A stretch of 64,000 bases of DNA from an uncultured Planctomycetota bacterium (GTDB taxonomy: Bacteria; Planctomycetota; PLA2; JAEUHO01), in NCBI GenBank assembly GCA_963752285.1, contig CAVVXN010000002.1, positions 192,001-256,000 on the forward strand, in the 5' to 3' direction. The notes under the pieces were generated by a model. The model was not told where the DNA came from, made no database searches, and saw only the letters and a list, made by a program, of their open reading frames with translations. Made by a program: the position numbers and the translations under genes. Below, one piece after another: positions 26,749-36,071 of this stretch. Each line of letters begins with the position of its first letter. The stretch's first letter is position 1.

Positions 26749-28880
26749 CAGCGGAGACGCTTCACCGTCGAGATCGTGATGTCGTCGTTCTGTGGCGCGT
26801 CGAGGTGGAACTGGTCGATCGCGCTGCCGACGAAGTTCACGAAGGCCTGCGAGTTCTTGGGCGCCTCGCGGGCCACCGCCTGATAGAAGCGCGGCTCGCC
26901 GAACTCCTGGCCGTCGCTGCTCTGCACCTTGAGCGCGCCGTCCGTGTAGAGCACGATCCGGTCGCCCACGTTCACGGGCAGGTCGCCCTCCTCCAGGGCG
27001 CGGTCGAACACGGGACCCACGTCGAGCCCGAGGGCGATGCCCTCGGGGTTCACCTTCGCGACCTTCCCGCTCGCGTGGCGGTAGACGAGCAGCGGGAGGT
27101 GGCCCGCGCTCGCGATGGTCGCCTTGCCCGCGTTCGTGTCGATCACGACGTAGACCGCCGTGACGTGGCGGCCGGGCGGCAGCTCGCCCGCCAGGTTCTT
27201 GTTGACCTGACGGAGCACCTCGGCCGGGGAGGCGACCCCGGGGGCCGCGGCCCGCACGTACGACCGCGCGCTCGCCATCACGAGCGCCGCGGTCAGGCCC
27301 CGCACGTTCGTGTCGAGGAGGATCACGCCGACGTGGTGGTCGTCGATGCGGAAGTACTCGAAGTGGTCCCCACCGATCTCGAAGCCGGGCTTGAAGAGCG
27401 TCTCGACCTCGTAGTCGGAGAGCCGCGGCGGGTTCTTGCTCATCAGCGCGCCGTGGATCTCTTCCGCGACCTTCTGTTCGCGGTCCACGATCTCCGGCAG
27501 GTCCTGGTCGCCGTGCTGACTGCGGAACTCGAGGTTCGAGACCATTCGCTCGACCGCGCGGGCCACCGCGCCCGCCTCCGCGCCGCGCGCGCGGAGCGTC
27601 CGCGACGGGTCGCCGCGCGTGCCCAGGCGGTCGACCTCGCGCGCCAGCTCGCGCACGCTCGCCGTGTGCGCGTTCGCGACGGCGAACGCGAGGCCGCCTA
27701 CGAAGAGCGGGCCGATGAGCAGCATCGCGAGCCCGATCCCGTTTCCGGCGTCGTCCCCGCCGGAGCCGGCCCACAGGGCGACGTACGCGCGCATGGGGTG
27801 GTCGCGGGGCGCGCCGCGGACGTCGGCGCCGTAGATCTCGGCGTCCCACATCCGCATGTCCGAACCCCGGACCTTCCCGGTCGTGTGCGTCTGTGTCGCG
27901 GCCAGGCTGTGGTCGTACCGGAGCCCGTCCCCCGACGGGAACGAGGCGATCTCCTGCGCGTCCGCGCCCTGGCCCTCCGTGATCCACGCGCCGAGCACCC
28001 GCACGTCGCCGTCGAGCGCGGCCGCGAGCGAACGGAGGGCGGCGATGCGCTGGTTCGCGTCCGCCCGCGACGTGCCCGTGCCCGACGACACGGCCTTCTT
28101 CCACTTCTCGACCGCCTGGTTCCAGCGCGCCTTCGCCTCCTTGAGCTCCCGCCGCTCCTCCTCGTCCATGCCGGCGGGGAAGTCCTGCTTCACCGCGTCG
28201 GCGTGGCGATTCCAGAAGGTCTTGCCGGCGTCGCCGAAGAGATCCTCGACGATCTTCTGGGTCTGCTCGACGGGGTCCTCTCCCTTCGCGGCGGTCTCTC
28301 CCGTCCAGAACGACGCGGGCACGAGCCCGAGGCTCTGCGCGGCGCTCGCGCCCGCGCGGTCGATGTCCACGGAGCCGGCCTTCTTGCCCGTCAGGAGCAC
28401 GGCGGCCGCGACCACGGCGAACGTCAGTACGGCGGAGACGAGCCCGACCTTGAGGGCGATCGTCATCCCGCCCCCCGAGGCGGCGCGCGTCGAACGCCCG
28501 GTCGCGCGTCCGCTCCGGCCGGTGCGTCCGACCTCGACCTCGGCCATGTCGTCGCCGCGGCGGGCGCCCCGTCCGGCGCCGCCGCGGGGCGCGGCGGGCG
28601 GGACGGGCGCACGCGCCGGCGACGCCACGACCGGCGCGACCGGGGGCGTGACCGGCGCCACGGCGGGCACGACCGGAGGCGGCATGGCGGGCCTGACCGG
28701 CGTCGCCGCCGGGGGCACGACGGGCGGACGCACGGGCGGACGCAGGGGTGCCTTCGCCGGCGGGACCACGGGCGGCACGACCGGGCGCACCGGCGCGGGC
28801 TCCTCGCCTCGTCCGCGCCCGGCTCCCTCCCGCCGTCGCTCGGGACCGCGTTCGCGGCGCGGCCGTCTCTGATCCGCCAT
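26748..28880 (-). CDS. Membrane-bound SpoIIE/RsbU-type PP2C phosphatase with HAMP-like linker
   Basis: Pro/Val-rich N-terminus, two TMs, GGDHFEY, LLDTNVRG, SAGHLP, YTDG, DDIT. Confidence 0.88.
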   Translation of the reverse strand: MADQRRPRRERGPERRREGAGRGRGEEPAPVRPVVPPVVPPAKAPLRPPVRPPVVPPAATPVRPAMPPPVVPAVAPVTPPVAPVVASPARAPVPPAAPRGGAGRGARRGDDMAEVEVGRTGRSGRATGRSTRAASGGGMTIALKVGLVSAVLTFAVVAAAVLLTGKKAGSVDIDRAGASAAQSLGLVPASFWTGETAAKGEDPVEQTQKIVEDLFGDAGKTFWNRHADAVKQDFPAGMDEEERRELKEAKARWNQAVEKWKKAVSSGTGTSRADANQRIAALRSLAAALDGDVRVLGAWITEGQGADAQEIASFPSGDGLRYDHSLAATQTHTTGKVRGSDMRMWDAEIYGADVRGAPRDHPMRAYVALWAGSGGDDAGNGIGLAMLLIGPLFVGGLAFAVANAHTASVRELAREVDRLGTRGDPSRTLRARGAEAGAVARAVERMVSNLEFRSQHGDQDLPEIVDREQKVAEEIHGALMSKNPPRLSDYEVETLFKPGFEIGGDHFEYFRIDDHHVGVILLDTNVRGLTAALVMASARSYVRAAAPGVASPAEVLRQVNKNLAGELPPGRHVTAVYVVIDTNAGKATIASAGHLPLLVYRHASGKVAKVNPEGIALGLDVGPVFDRALEEGDLPVNVGDRIVLYTDGALKVQSSDGQEFGEPRFYQAVAREAPKNSQAFVNFVGSAIDQFHLDAPQNDDITISTVKRLR

Positions 28881-28961
28881 GACCCGCTCCTTCCCGGCGC
28901 CCCGGACGCACGAACGAGGGTGCGAGCGGGGAGTATAGGCCGGCCGAGGTTCGGGGCCCCT

Positions 28962-29453
28962 TCAGCGGGCGAAGAGGCCGGCCCACGAGAGACCGAGGAC
29001 CACCGCGCCCGCGACGCACCCCGCGGCGAGGTCGTCGGCGAGCACGCCGACGCCGCCGGGGAGCCGTTCGAGCCGGGCGATGGGCCCGGGCTTCATGATG
29101 TCGAGGACGCGGAAGAGAACGAGGGCCGCGGCGGCCGCGACGAGGCCGCCGTGCACGGCCACCGCGACGCCCGACGCGATCGCCTGCCCCGCGACCTCGT
29201 CGGAAACGACCCACCCCGGGTCGCCGCGGCCGTCGGGCCGCAGCGCGCGCCCGCCCCAGACGAGCGTCACGGCGGAGCCGAGGACGACCAGCGCGATCGC
29301 GCCCGGGAGGCCGAGGCCCGCGCGGTCCAGGAGGACCACGGCCGCCGCGGTCACGATCGAGCCCGCCGTGCCGGGCATCCCCGGCGCATAGCCCGCGCCG
29401 AGCGCGGCGAGGAGGAGACGCGCGGTTGCCGAGAGCGGGCGCGCCTCAGGCAT
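28962..29453 (-). CDS. pgpA: Phosphatidylglycerophosphatase A
   Basis: PGTAGS, DPGWVVSDEVAGQ, LFRVLDIMKPGPI, GGVGVLADDLAAG. Confidence 0.93.
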   Translation of the reverse strand: MPEARPLSATARLLLAALGAGYAPGMPGTAGSIVTAAAVVLLDRAGLGLPGAIALVVLGSAVTLVWGGRALRPDGRGDPGWVVSDEVAGQAIASGVAVAVHGGLVAAAAALVLFRVLDIMKPGPIARLERLPGGVGVLADDLAAGCVAGAVVLGLSWAGLFAR

Positions 29454-30054
29454 CGGCGAGGAGCCGCGCGGCCCGGAACGCGTAGTCGACGCCGGAGACC
29501 ACGGTCAGGATCGTCGCCCCCCACACGAGCGCGTGCGCGAGGCTCCACGTCGTGGGTCCGCCGGGCAGTCGATCGAGCACGGGCACGGCCCATCGTGCGA
29601 GCGAGAAGCCGGCCTCGTACAGCAGCACGCCGCCGACCGCGAACACCTGGAGGAGCATCTTGGCCTTGCCGAGGGGCAGGGCCTGGAACGAGGTGCCGAG
29701 GCCCTCGACCGCGCCTCGGAGCGCGGTCACGAGCAGCTCGCGCGCGAGGATCAGCGCGACCGCCCACGCCGGCAAGACCGCCGGAACCCCGTCCACGCCC
29801 AGGAGCACGATCATCGTCCCGAGCACGAGCAGCTTGTCCACGAGCGGGTCGGCGATCCGCCCGAACACGCTCACCTCGCCGAAGTGGCGGGCGACGATCC
29901 CGTCTACCGCGTCCGTCGCGGCGGTCAGGGCGAAGAGGCCGAAGGCCCAGTACCACGTGGCGCGTGTCGGGTCCGGCGCGGCGAGGGCCAGGATCGTCCA
30001 CAGCGCGAAGGTCAGCACCGCCCGGAGCAGGGTGATCCGGTTCGCCCAGCCCAT
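29446..30054 (-). CDS. pgsA: CDP-diacylglycerol--glycerol-3-phosphate 3-phosphatidyltransferase
   Basis: NRITLLR, TDAVDGIVAR...FGRIADPLVDK, ARELLVTALR, GKAKM. Confidence 0.93.
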   Translation of the reverse strand: MGWANRITLLRAVLTFALWTILALAAPDPTRATWYWAFGLFALTAATDAVDGIVARHFGEVSVFGRIADPLVDKLLVLGTMIVLLGVDGVPAVLPAWAVALILARELLVTALRGAVEGLGTSFQALPLGKAKMLLQVFAVGGVLLYEAGFSLARWAVPVLDRLPGGPTTWSLAHALVWGATILTVVSGVDYAFRAARLLADA

Positions 30055-30064
30055 GGCGCCGATG

Positions 30065-31444
30065 CTACCGCGCGAGCCCCGCCACGGGGCCACCCGTCGC
30101 GAGCGTCCCCACCAGGTCGTACCCCGCGCTCTTCGTCACCCGCACCGGCAGGATCTCGCCGACGCGCCGCGCCCCCCCGTCCGCGATCTCGACCGTGCCG
30201 TCCACGTCGGGCGCGTCCCAGCGGCTCCGCCCGATCGCGACCCCGCGGACTGGATCGACCTCCTCGACCAGGACCTCGATCGTCCGTCCGACCCGGCTGG
30301 CGTTCGAGGCGAAGTGCACGGCCTGCTGCGCCTCCATCAGCTCCGCGCGGCGTGCCTCGGCCACGGCCTCGGGCACGGGGTCGTCCATCGTGAAGGAGGG
30401 CGTCCCCCGCTCGCGGCTGAAGCAGAACACCCCGAGGCGGTCGAAGAGGCCCTCGGACACGGCGCGGAGGTTCTCGTCGTGGTCGGCGTCGGTCTCGCCG
30501 GGGAAGCCGGTGATCAGGGTCGTCCGGACCGCCACGTCCGGCACGCGGTCGCGGATTCGCTCGAGGAGCGCCCGTTGGCGCTCGGCGGTGATGCCGCGGC
30601 GCATGCGCCTCAGCACCGGCGTGCTCATGTGCTGCAGGGGCAGGTCCACGTACTCGACGACGCGCTCGTTCGAGGCGATCTCGTCGATCACGTCGTCGCG
30701 GAGGATCGACGGGTAGAGGTAGAGGAGCCGCCACCACCTCGGCCCGTCGATCTTCGTGAGGGCCCGCACGAGATCGACGAGGCGCGGACGGCCGTAGCGG
30801 TCGCGGCCGTACGCCGTCGTGTCTTGGGAAACGACGCAGACCTCCGAGACGCCGAGCTCGGCGAGGCGCGTGGCGTCCTCGACGTTCTCCTCGATCGTCC
30901 GGCTCGCGAGTCGCCCGCGGAACGAGGGGATCGCGCAGAATGCGCATCGTTGGTCGCATCCCTCGCTGATCTTCAGGTACGCGTACGCGGTGGACGGCGT
31001 CAGCAACACGCGCCGCGGCGGCGCGAGCGCGATCGGCTCGAGGCCCATCAGCGAGGTCGCCGCGTCCACGATCTCGGGGTAGTCGCGGAAGGGGAGCCAG
31101 CGATCGACCTCGGGCAGGCTCTTCTCGAGCGCCGCGCCGTCGCGCTGGACGAGGCACCCCGACACGATGAGCCCGCGGAGGCGACCGTACTCCTTGTGCC
31201 GCGCGACCCGAGCGATCGTCTCGACGCTCTCGCGCCGCGCGGGGTCGATGAAGCCGCACGTGTTCACGAGCGCGAGGTCGGCCTCGTCCATCGTCTCGGC
31301 GAGCGCGAACCCCGCCGACTCGAGGCGCGAGACGAGCCCCTCGCTGTCCGCGAGGTTTTTCGCGCAGCCGAGCGATATCAACGCGACGCGCCCGCGCGGG
31401 GGCGCGGAGCGGGCGGGGGGGGCGGGGCCGTCCGGGGTGTTCAT
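30065..31444 (-). CDS. rimO: Ribosomal protein S12 methylthiotransferase
   Basis: SLGCAKNLADSE, NTCGFI, KISEGCDQRCAFCAIP, GFPGET, TRAM domain with DAPDVDG. Confidence 0.95.
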   Translation of the reverse strand: MNTPDGPAPPARSAPPRGRVALISLGCAKNLADSEGLVSRLESAGFALAETMDEADLALVNTCGFIDPARRESVETIARVARHKEYGRLRGLIVSGCLVQRDGAALEKSLPEVDRWLPFRDYPEIVDAATSLMGLEPIALAPPRRVLLTPSTAYAYLKISEGCDQRCAFCAIPSFRGRLASRTIEENVEDATRLAELGVSEVCVVSQDTTAYGRDRYGRPRLVDLVRALTKIDGPRWWRLLYLYPSILRDDVIDEIASNERVVEYVDLPLQHMSTPVLRRMRRGITAERQRALLERIRDRVPDVAVRTTLITGFPGETDADHDENLRAVSEGLFDRLGVFCFSRERGTPSFTMDDPVPEAVAEARRAELMEAQQAVHFASNASRVGRTIEVLVEEVDPVRGVAIGRSRWDAPDVDGTVEIADGGARRVGEILPVRVTKSAGYDLVGTLATGGPVAGLAR

Positions 31445-31478
31445 CGGCCCACCAAGGGTCCGGTGCGGCCCGGGTCGG

Positions 31479-33416
31479 TCAACCGCGCGCGTCCCACTCC
31501 TCGCGCGAAACGAGGAGCGGACGGGCGCCGCTGGGGGTCATCTCGCCGAGGACCCCAGCCTTCACGAGGCTCTCCATCAGGGCCCTCGCGCGCGCGTACC
31601 CGATGCCGAGCTTCCGGGAGAGGAGCACCGAGGAGGCGGCGCCCCGCTCGAACGCCACCTCCACCGCCTTCGCCGACAGGTCGTCCTGCGGGAGGGCCGC
31701 GCCCTTCCGGCGGGGCGCGGCGTCGTGCTCGCGCCCCGCGTCGTCCCGACCCGGGGACCTCGGCGGCGCGTGCCGCTTCGCCGGGGCCTGGGCCGGGGCC
31801 TTCGCCTCGGGGCGCGCGGGGGCGTCCGCGTCCGCGCCGGCCGTTCGCCGCGACTTCTTCGCCTTCGCGGGACGGGCCTTCCCGTCGGTGGCCGCCGCGC
31901 GGGTCCCGCCGCGGGCCTTCGCGCCCGCCTTCGTCGGGGCCGTCTCCGCGGGGGCGGCCCGGGCGGTACGCCGCGTCTTCTTGGCCTTCCCGCCCGGGCC
32001 GGACCGCTTCGTGTCGCCGGAGGCCGGCGCGGCCTCGGCGGGCCTCGTCTTCCGTCGCTTTCCCTTCCGGGCGGGTCTCGCCTCCTTCCCCAGCGGGGGC
32101 GCGACGGCGTCGGGCGCCACCGGGACCGAGGCCGCCGGCTCGTCGAAGAAGCCGGAGCCTTCGAGCTTCTGGCGGTAGAGCGCCATCGACTCCTCGTCCG
32201 AGATCGCGGCGGTCTCGAACGGCGCGGTCTCCTCGAGGAGCGCGAGCGCTTCGGCGTCGGCCTCGGCGAGCGCGCGCGCCTCGTCGTCCTCCTCGGGCTC
32301 CGCGTCGGCGGGGAGCGCGTCGGCGAGCGCCACGAGCGCGGCCTCGGGGTCCACGGGGTCCCCGGGGGGCGCCGGACCCTTAGGCGCGGACGGGGCCTCG
32401 GAAGGCGCGGGCCCGGGCGGCCCGGGCTCCGTGGCGGTCGCTCGGGCGTCCTCCTCCGGGTCCTCGATCGCGTCCTCGTCGCGATAGCGAACGCCTGCGG
32501 GAAGCGGCATCTCCGGGCGGCCGCGCGACGCCGGTTCGTCCGATTCGGCCTCGGCGGGGGGCGGCGGCTCGTCCGCGTACCGCACGCCCGGGCGAAGACG
32601 TTGCGGGCGCGCAGGCGCCGCGGGCGACGGCTCGGCCGGCGGCCCGTCCTCGGCCGGGGGCTCCTCGCCCTCCTCCGGCTCGGCGAATCGGACCCCGGGA
32701 TGGAGCTCGCTCGCCGGGGGGACCGGGGTGGGCTCGGGCGGCGGCGGCTCCGCGACGCCGACGGGCGCGTCGCTCTCGCGATACCGGATCGGACCGACGT
32801 CGCGCCCCTCGATCTCCATCGGGAGCTCGTTCCCGGCCTCGTCGTAGCGGCGGACGGGGTAGAGCGGCTTCGGACCGCGGGAGCGCGTGCCGTCGAAGAG
32901 TCCCGGCGGGGGCTCGAGGCGCAGGACCGACCCGGACTCGGTGGGCGGCCGCGCGGCGGGGATCCGGGAGAAGAACGGCGCGATCGCGAGCATGCCGGCC
33001 GCCGCTGCCATGGCGAGGAGCAGCAGCGCGGCGAGCACGCTCCCGAGCGTCTGGAGGAGCTCGGCGAGACGCGCGCCCCAGAGTCCGCCCACCGTGGCCC
33101 CGCCGACCAGGGCGAGGAGACCCGCCGTCGCGACGCCGAGCACGACGCAGAAGACGAGGCGGACGCCGATCCCCCCGGGTCCCGAGAGCCCGAACGGGTC
33201 ACGCCCCCAGTACCCGAGGAGCAGCCAGCCGAAGAGCACGAGGAGCACGAGCACCCCGCCCCAGCCGAGCAGGGTGCCCGGCGCCTCGAGGAGGCCGAGC
33301 GTCCCGAGGTGCGGGCGGTCGAACCCCCGGATCCCGAGCGCGATCTGCAGGCCGAGGAGGACCACCAGCAACGCGGGGACCAGGAGCGCGGTCCAGCGGC
33401 GCGGGGTCAGGGACAT
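31479..33416 (-). CDS. Membrane protein with disordered linker and C-terminal FtsK-gamma domain, no motor domain
   Basis: Four hydrophobic N-terminal segments; Pro/Glu-rich then Lys/Arg/Ala-rich linker; DDLSAKAV...ASSVLLSRKLGIGYARARALMESLVKAGVLG...RPLLV; alternative GTG start at 33467. Confidence 0.85.
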   Translation of the reverse strand: MSLTPRRWTALLVPALLVVLLGLQIALGIRGFDRPHLGTLGLLEAPGTLLGWGGVLVLLVLFGWLLLGYWGRDPFGLSGPGGIGVRLVFCVVLGVATAGLLALVGGATVGGLWGARLAELLQTLGSVLAALLLLAMAAAAGMLAIAPFFSRIPAARPPTESGSVLRLEPPPGLFDGTRSRGPKPLYPVRRYDEAGNELPMEIEGRDVGPIRYRESDAPVGVAEPPPPEPTPVPPASELHPGVRFAEPEEGEEPPAEDGPPAEPSPAAPARPQRLRPGVRYADEPPPPAEAESDEPASRGRPEMPLPAGVRYRDEDAIEDPEEDARATATEPGPPGPAPSEAPSAPKGPAPPGDPVDPEAALVALADALPADAEPEEDDEARALAEADAEALALLEETAPFETAAISDEESMALYRQKLEGSGFFDEPAASVPVAPDAVAPPLGKEARPARKGKRRKTRPAEAAPASGDTKRSGPGGKAKKTRRTARAAPAETAPTKAGAKARGGTRAAATDGKARPAKAKKSRRTAGADADAPARPEAKAPAQAPAKRHAPPRSPGRDDAGREHDAAPRRKGAALPQDDLSAKAVEVAFERGAASSVLLSRKLGIGYARARALMESLVKAGVLGEMTPSGARPLLVSREEWDARG

Positions 33417-33575
33417 CGGCGGGGATCCTACAACGAGCGTCCCAGGTTCGGGCGGAGCGGTGTCCACGACGTCACCTCCCGGCGCGCGGCCCGCGCGCGG
33501 TCCCCCGGGGCGCCGAGGGGGCCGTTTTGGGCTCGGGGCGACGAGGTCCGCGGCCGCGAAGCGCCCGGCGCGGCC

Positions 33576-35909
33576 TCACTCCCACGACTCGTCCACCACC
33601 TCGACGTCCTCGCCCTCGCCGAACGTGTGCGAGGGGCGCGGCCCCTCGCCGCGCTCGGCGGCGCGCTGTGCCTCCCAGGCGTCGAGCTCGACGAGCACCT
33701 CGCGCGCCTTGCTGCCCACGTGCGGGCCCACCACGCCGCGGTCGCACATCATGTCGATCAGGCGGGACGCGCGCGTGTAGCCGATGCCCATGCGCCGCTG
33801 GAGCATGCTCGCGCTGCCGAGCCGCGTGGACAGGACCGCGCGCACGGCGTCGTCGTAGAGGTCGTCCTCCTCGAGCGGGTCGCCGAGGCCCTCGCGCTTG
33901 GCCTGGAGGAGGTCCTGGTACTCGGGCGGCGGGACGTGCTCCTTCAGCCAGTCCACGACGTGCCGGACCTCCGCGTCCGTGACGAGCGTTCCCTGGGCGC
34001 GGCGGAGGTGCAGGCTCCGCGGGTGCATGAAGAGCATGTCGCCCATGCCGAGGAGCTTGTCCGCGCCGTTCGCGTCGAGGATCACGCGGCTGTCGATCTT
34101 GCTCGAGACGCAGAACGCGATGCGCGTGGGCATGTTGGCCTTGATGAGGCCCGTGATGACGTTCGTCGAGGGGCGTTGCGTGGCGAGGATGATGTGGATC
34201 CCGACGGCGCGGCTCTTCTGCGCGAGCCGCGTGATGGCGAGCTCCACGTCCTTGCCGCTCGTCATCATCAGATCGGCGAGCTCGTCCACGACGATCACCA
34301 CCTGCGCGAGCTGTTCCGGCGCCTCCTCCTCGGACAGTCCCGCGCGTTCGCGGGCCTGCGCGATCTTCTCGGCGGGCAGGGCGTTGTAGCCGGCGATGTT
34401 GCGCACGCCGGCGGCGAGGAGCAGGCCGTAGCGCTCCTCCATGCGGTCCACCGCCCACTCGAGGATCTTCGCCGCGCGCTTCATGTCGGTCACGACGGGC
34501 GTGATGAGGTGGGGGATGCCCTCGAAGAACGAGAGCTCGACCTGCTTCGGGTCGATCAGGATCAGGCTCAGCTCGTCGGGCGTCCGCGTGTACAGGAACG
34601 AGAGCAGGATCGAGTTGATGCAGACGCTCTTGCCCGACCCGGTCGCTCCCGCGATCAGGATGTGGGGCATCGTCGAGAGGTCCTCGACCAGGGGTCGGCC
34701 CGCGGTGTCGCGACCGAGGAAGATCGGGAGCGACCGGCGCTCCGCCAGCGGGGCGGCCTCCTCGACGAGGTCGCGGAAGCACACGGTCTCGCGCGTGAGG
34801 TTCGGAACCTCCACGCCGACCGTGTTGCGGCCGGGGATCGGCGCGACGATGCGCACGCTCGGCGCCTTCAACGCGATCGCGAGGTCGTCGGCGAGCGCCG
34901 TCACGCGATTCAGGCGCACGCCCGAGCCGATCGCGAGCTCGTAGAAGGTGATCACCGGCCCGCGCTGGCTCGAGACGACGCGGGCCTCGACGCCGAACGA
35001 GGCGAGGGCCTGGCCGAGGACCTTGCCGTTGACCTCGACCTCCTCCTTCACCTGCTCCGCGTCGTGGACCTCGCCCACGTCGAGGAGGTTCGTGGGGGGG
35101 AACTCGTACTCGCCCGAGGTGCGGCGGGGCGAGGCCTTCGACCGGCGCGGCCGCGCGCGGGGCGCCGGCGCGCGCGGGACCGCGGGGCGCGCCGGGGTCG
35201 CGGCGTCGGCCGGCTCGGCCGTCGGGAGGGGGGCGACCGGCGCCGGGGCGGCCGCAGCGGGCTCGTCCTCGCCCTTTGCCTGCGCCACCTCGTCCTCCGC
35301 CTCCGCAAGCGCGGTCGCGCGCTCCTCGCGGGCCAGGGCCGCCGACTCGAGGAGCGCGCGGACCCGTCCGTACGTGCGCCCCACCGAGACGTCGGAGACG
35401 AGACGGAGCGTGCCGAGCGCGGCGACGAGCGCGACGAGACCCGCGGCGTGCCCGAGCGACCGGTAGAGGGCCGAGGCGAGGGCCACGCCGACGTAGCCCG
35501 CCGGGCCCGAGCGCGCGAGGCCGGGGAACGAGGCGTGCACCAGGAGGAGTCCGGCGGCGCCGCCGACGAGGGCCGCCAGGGGGAGGGTCAGGGCGAGGCG
35601 GAGTCCGAAGCGACGGGGCCGCCGGCCCCGGACGAGCGGCACCCCGAAGCCGAGGGCCGACAGCGGGAAGACCCACGCCCCGATCCCGACCGCGCGCGCG
35701 AGCGCGGACGCGACCCCGTGGCCGAGGGTCCCGGCCAGGTTCCCCACTCCGCCCTCGGAGGGGAGGGGACCCAGGCTCGCGAGGGCCGCGGAGAGGACCA
35801 CGCCGAGGAGCGCGAGGGCCACCCCGAGGACCTCGAGCCCGACGGGCTCGTCTGCCACGGCCTCCGCCGGGACGGTCCGGGAGCGGGAGGCAGCGGACGA
35901 GCGGCCCAT
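33576..35909 (-). CDS. ftsK: DNA translocase FtsK
   Basis: N-terminal TMs, PHILIAGATGSGKS, IDPKQVEL, VDELADLMM, LATQRP, LLGMGDML, gamma SMLQRRMGIGYTRASR. Confidence 0.97.
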   Translation of the reverse strand: MGRSSAASRSRTVPAEAVADEPVGLEVLGVALALLGVVLSAALASLGPLPSEGGVGNLAGTLGHGVASALARAVGIGAWVFPLSALGFGVPLVRGRRPRRFGLRLALTLPLAALVGGAAGLLLVHASFPGLARSGPAGYVGVALASALYRSLGHAAGLVALVAALGTLRLVSDVSVGRTYGRVRALLESAALAREERATALAEAEDEVAQAKGEDEPAAAAPAPVAPLPTAEPADAATPARPAVPRAPAPRARPRRSKASPRRTSGEYEFPPTNLLDVGEVHDAEQVKEEVEVNGKVLGQALASFGVEARVVSSQRGPVITFYELAIGSGVRLNRVTALADDLAIALKAPSVRIVAPIPGRNTVGVEVPNLTRETVCFRDLVEEAAPLAERRSLPIFLGRDTAGRPLVEDLSTMPHILIAGATGSGKSVCINSILLSFLYTRTPDELSLILIDPKQVELSFFEGIPHLITPVVTDMKRAAKILEWAVDRMEERYGLLLAAGVRNIAGYNALPAEKIAQARERAGLSEEEAPEQLAQVVIVVDELADLMMTSGKDVELAITRLAQKSRAVGIHIILATQRPSTNVITGLIKANMPTRIAFCVSSKIDSRVILDANGADKLLGMGDMLFMHPRSLHLRRAQGTLVTDAEVRHVVDWLKEHVPPPEYQDLLQAKREGLGDPLEEDDLYDDAVRAVLSTRLGSASMLQRRMGIGYTRASRLIDMMCDRGVVGPHVGSKAREVLVELDAWEAQRAAERGEGPRPSHTFGEGEDVEVVDESWE

Positions 35910-36071
35910 GCGCCTAGTTGGATCGGGCAGAAGCGCGCCGTTCGGTAGGCGAACGAACCGCGAACCCCCCGGGGGCCCGCGCGCGCGACCCGCCGAAGAC
36001 CCGACCGCCTCTCCGGACCCGCCCCCGGCGCTGATTCGGACGAATTGCTCTGGCTCCGTATGACGAATGGG

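Noticed and set aside
35914..36071. Frameshifted coaB remnant after coaC
   Set aside because: No CoaB motif recognisable, and the gap to ftsK is only about 160 bp
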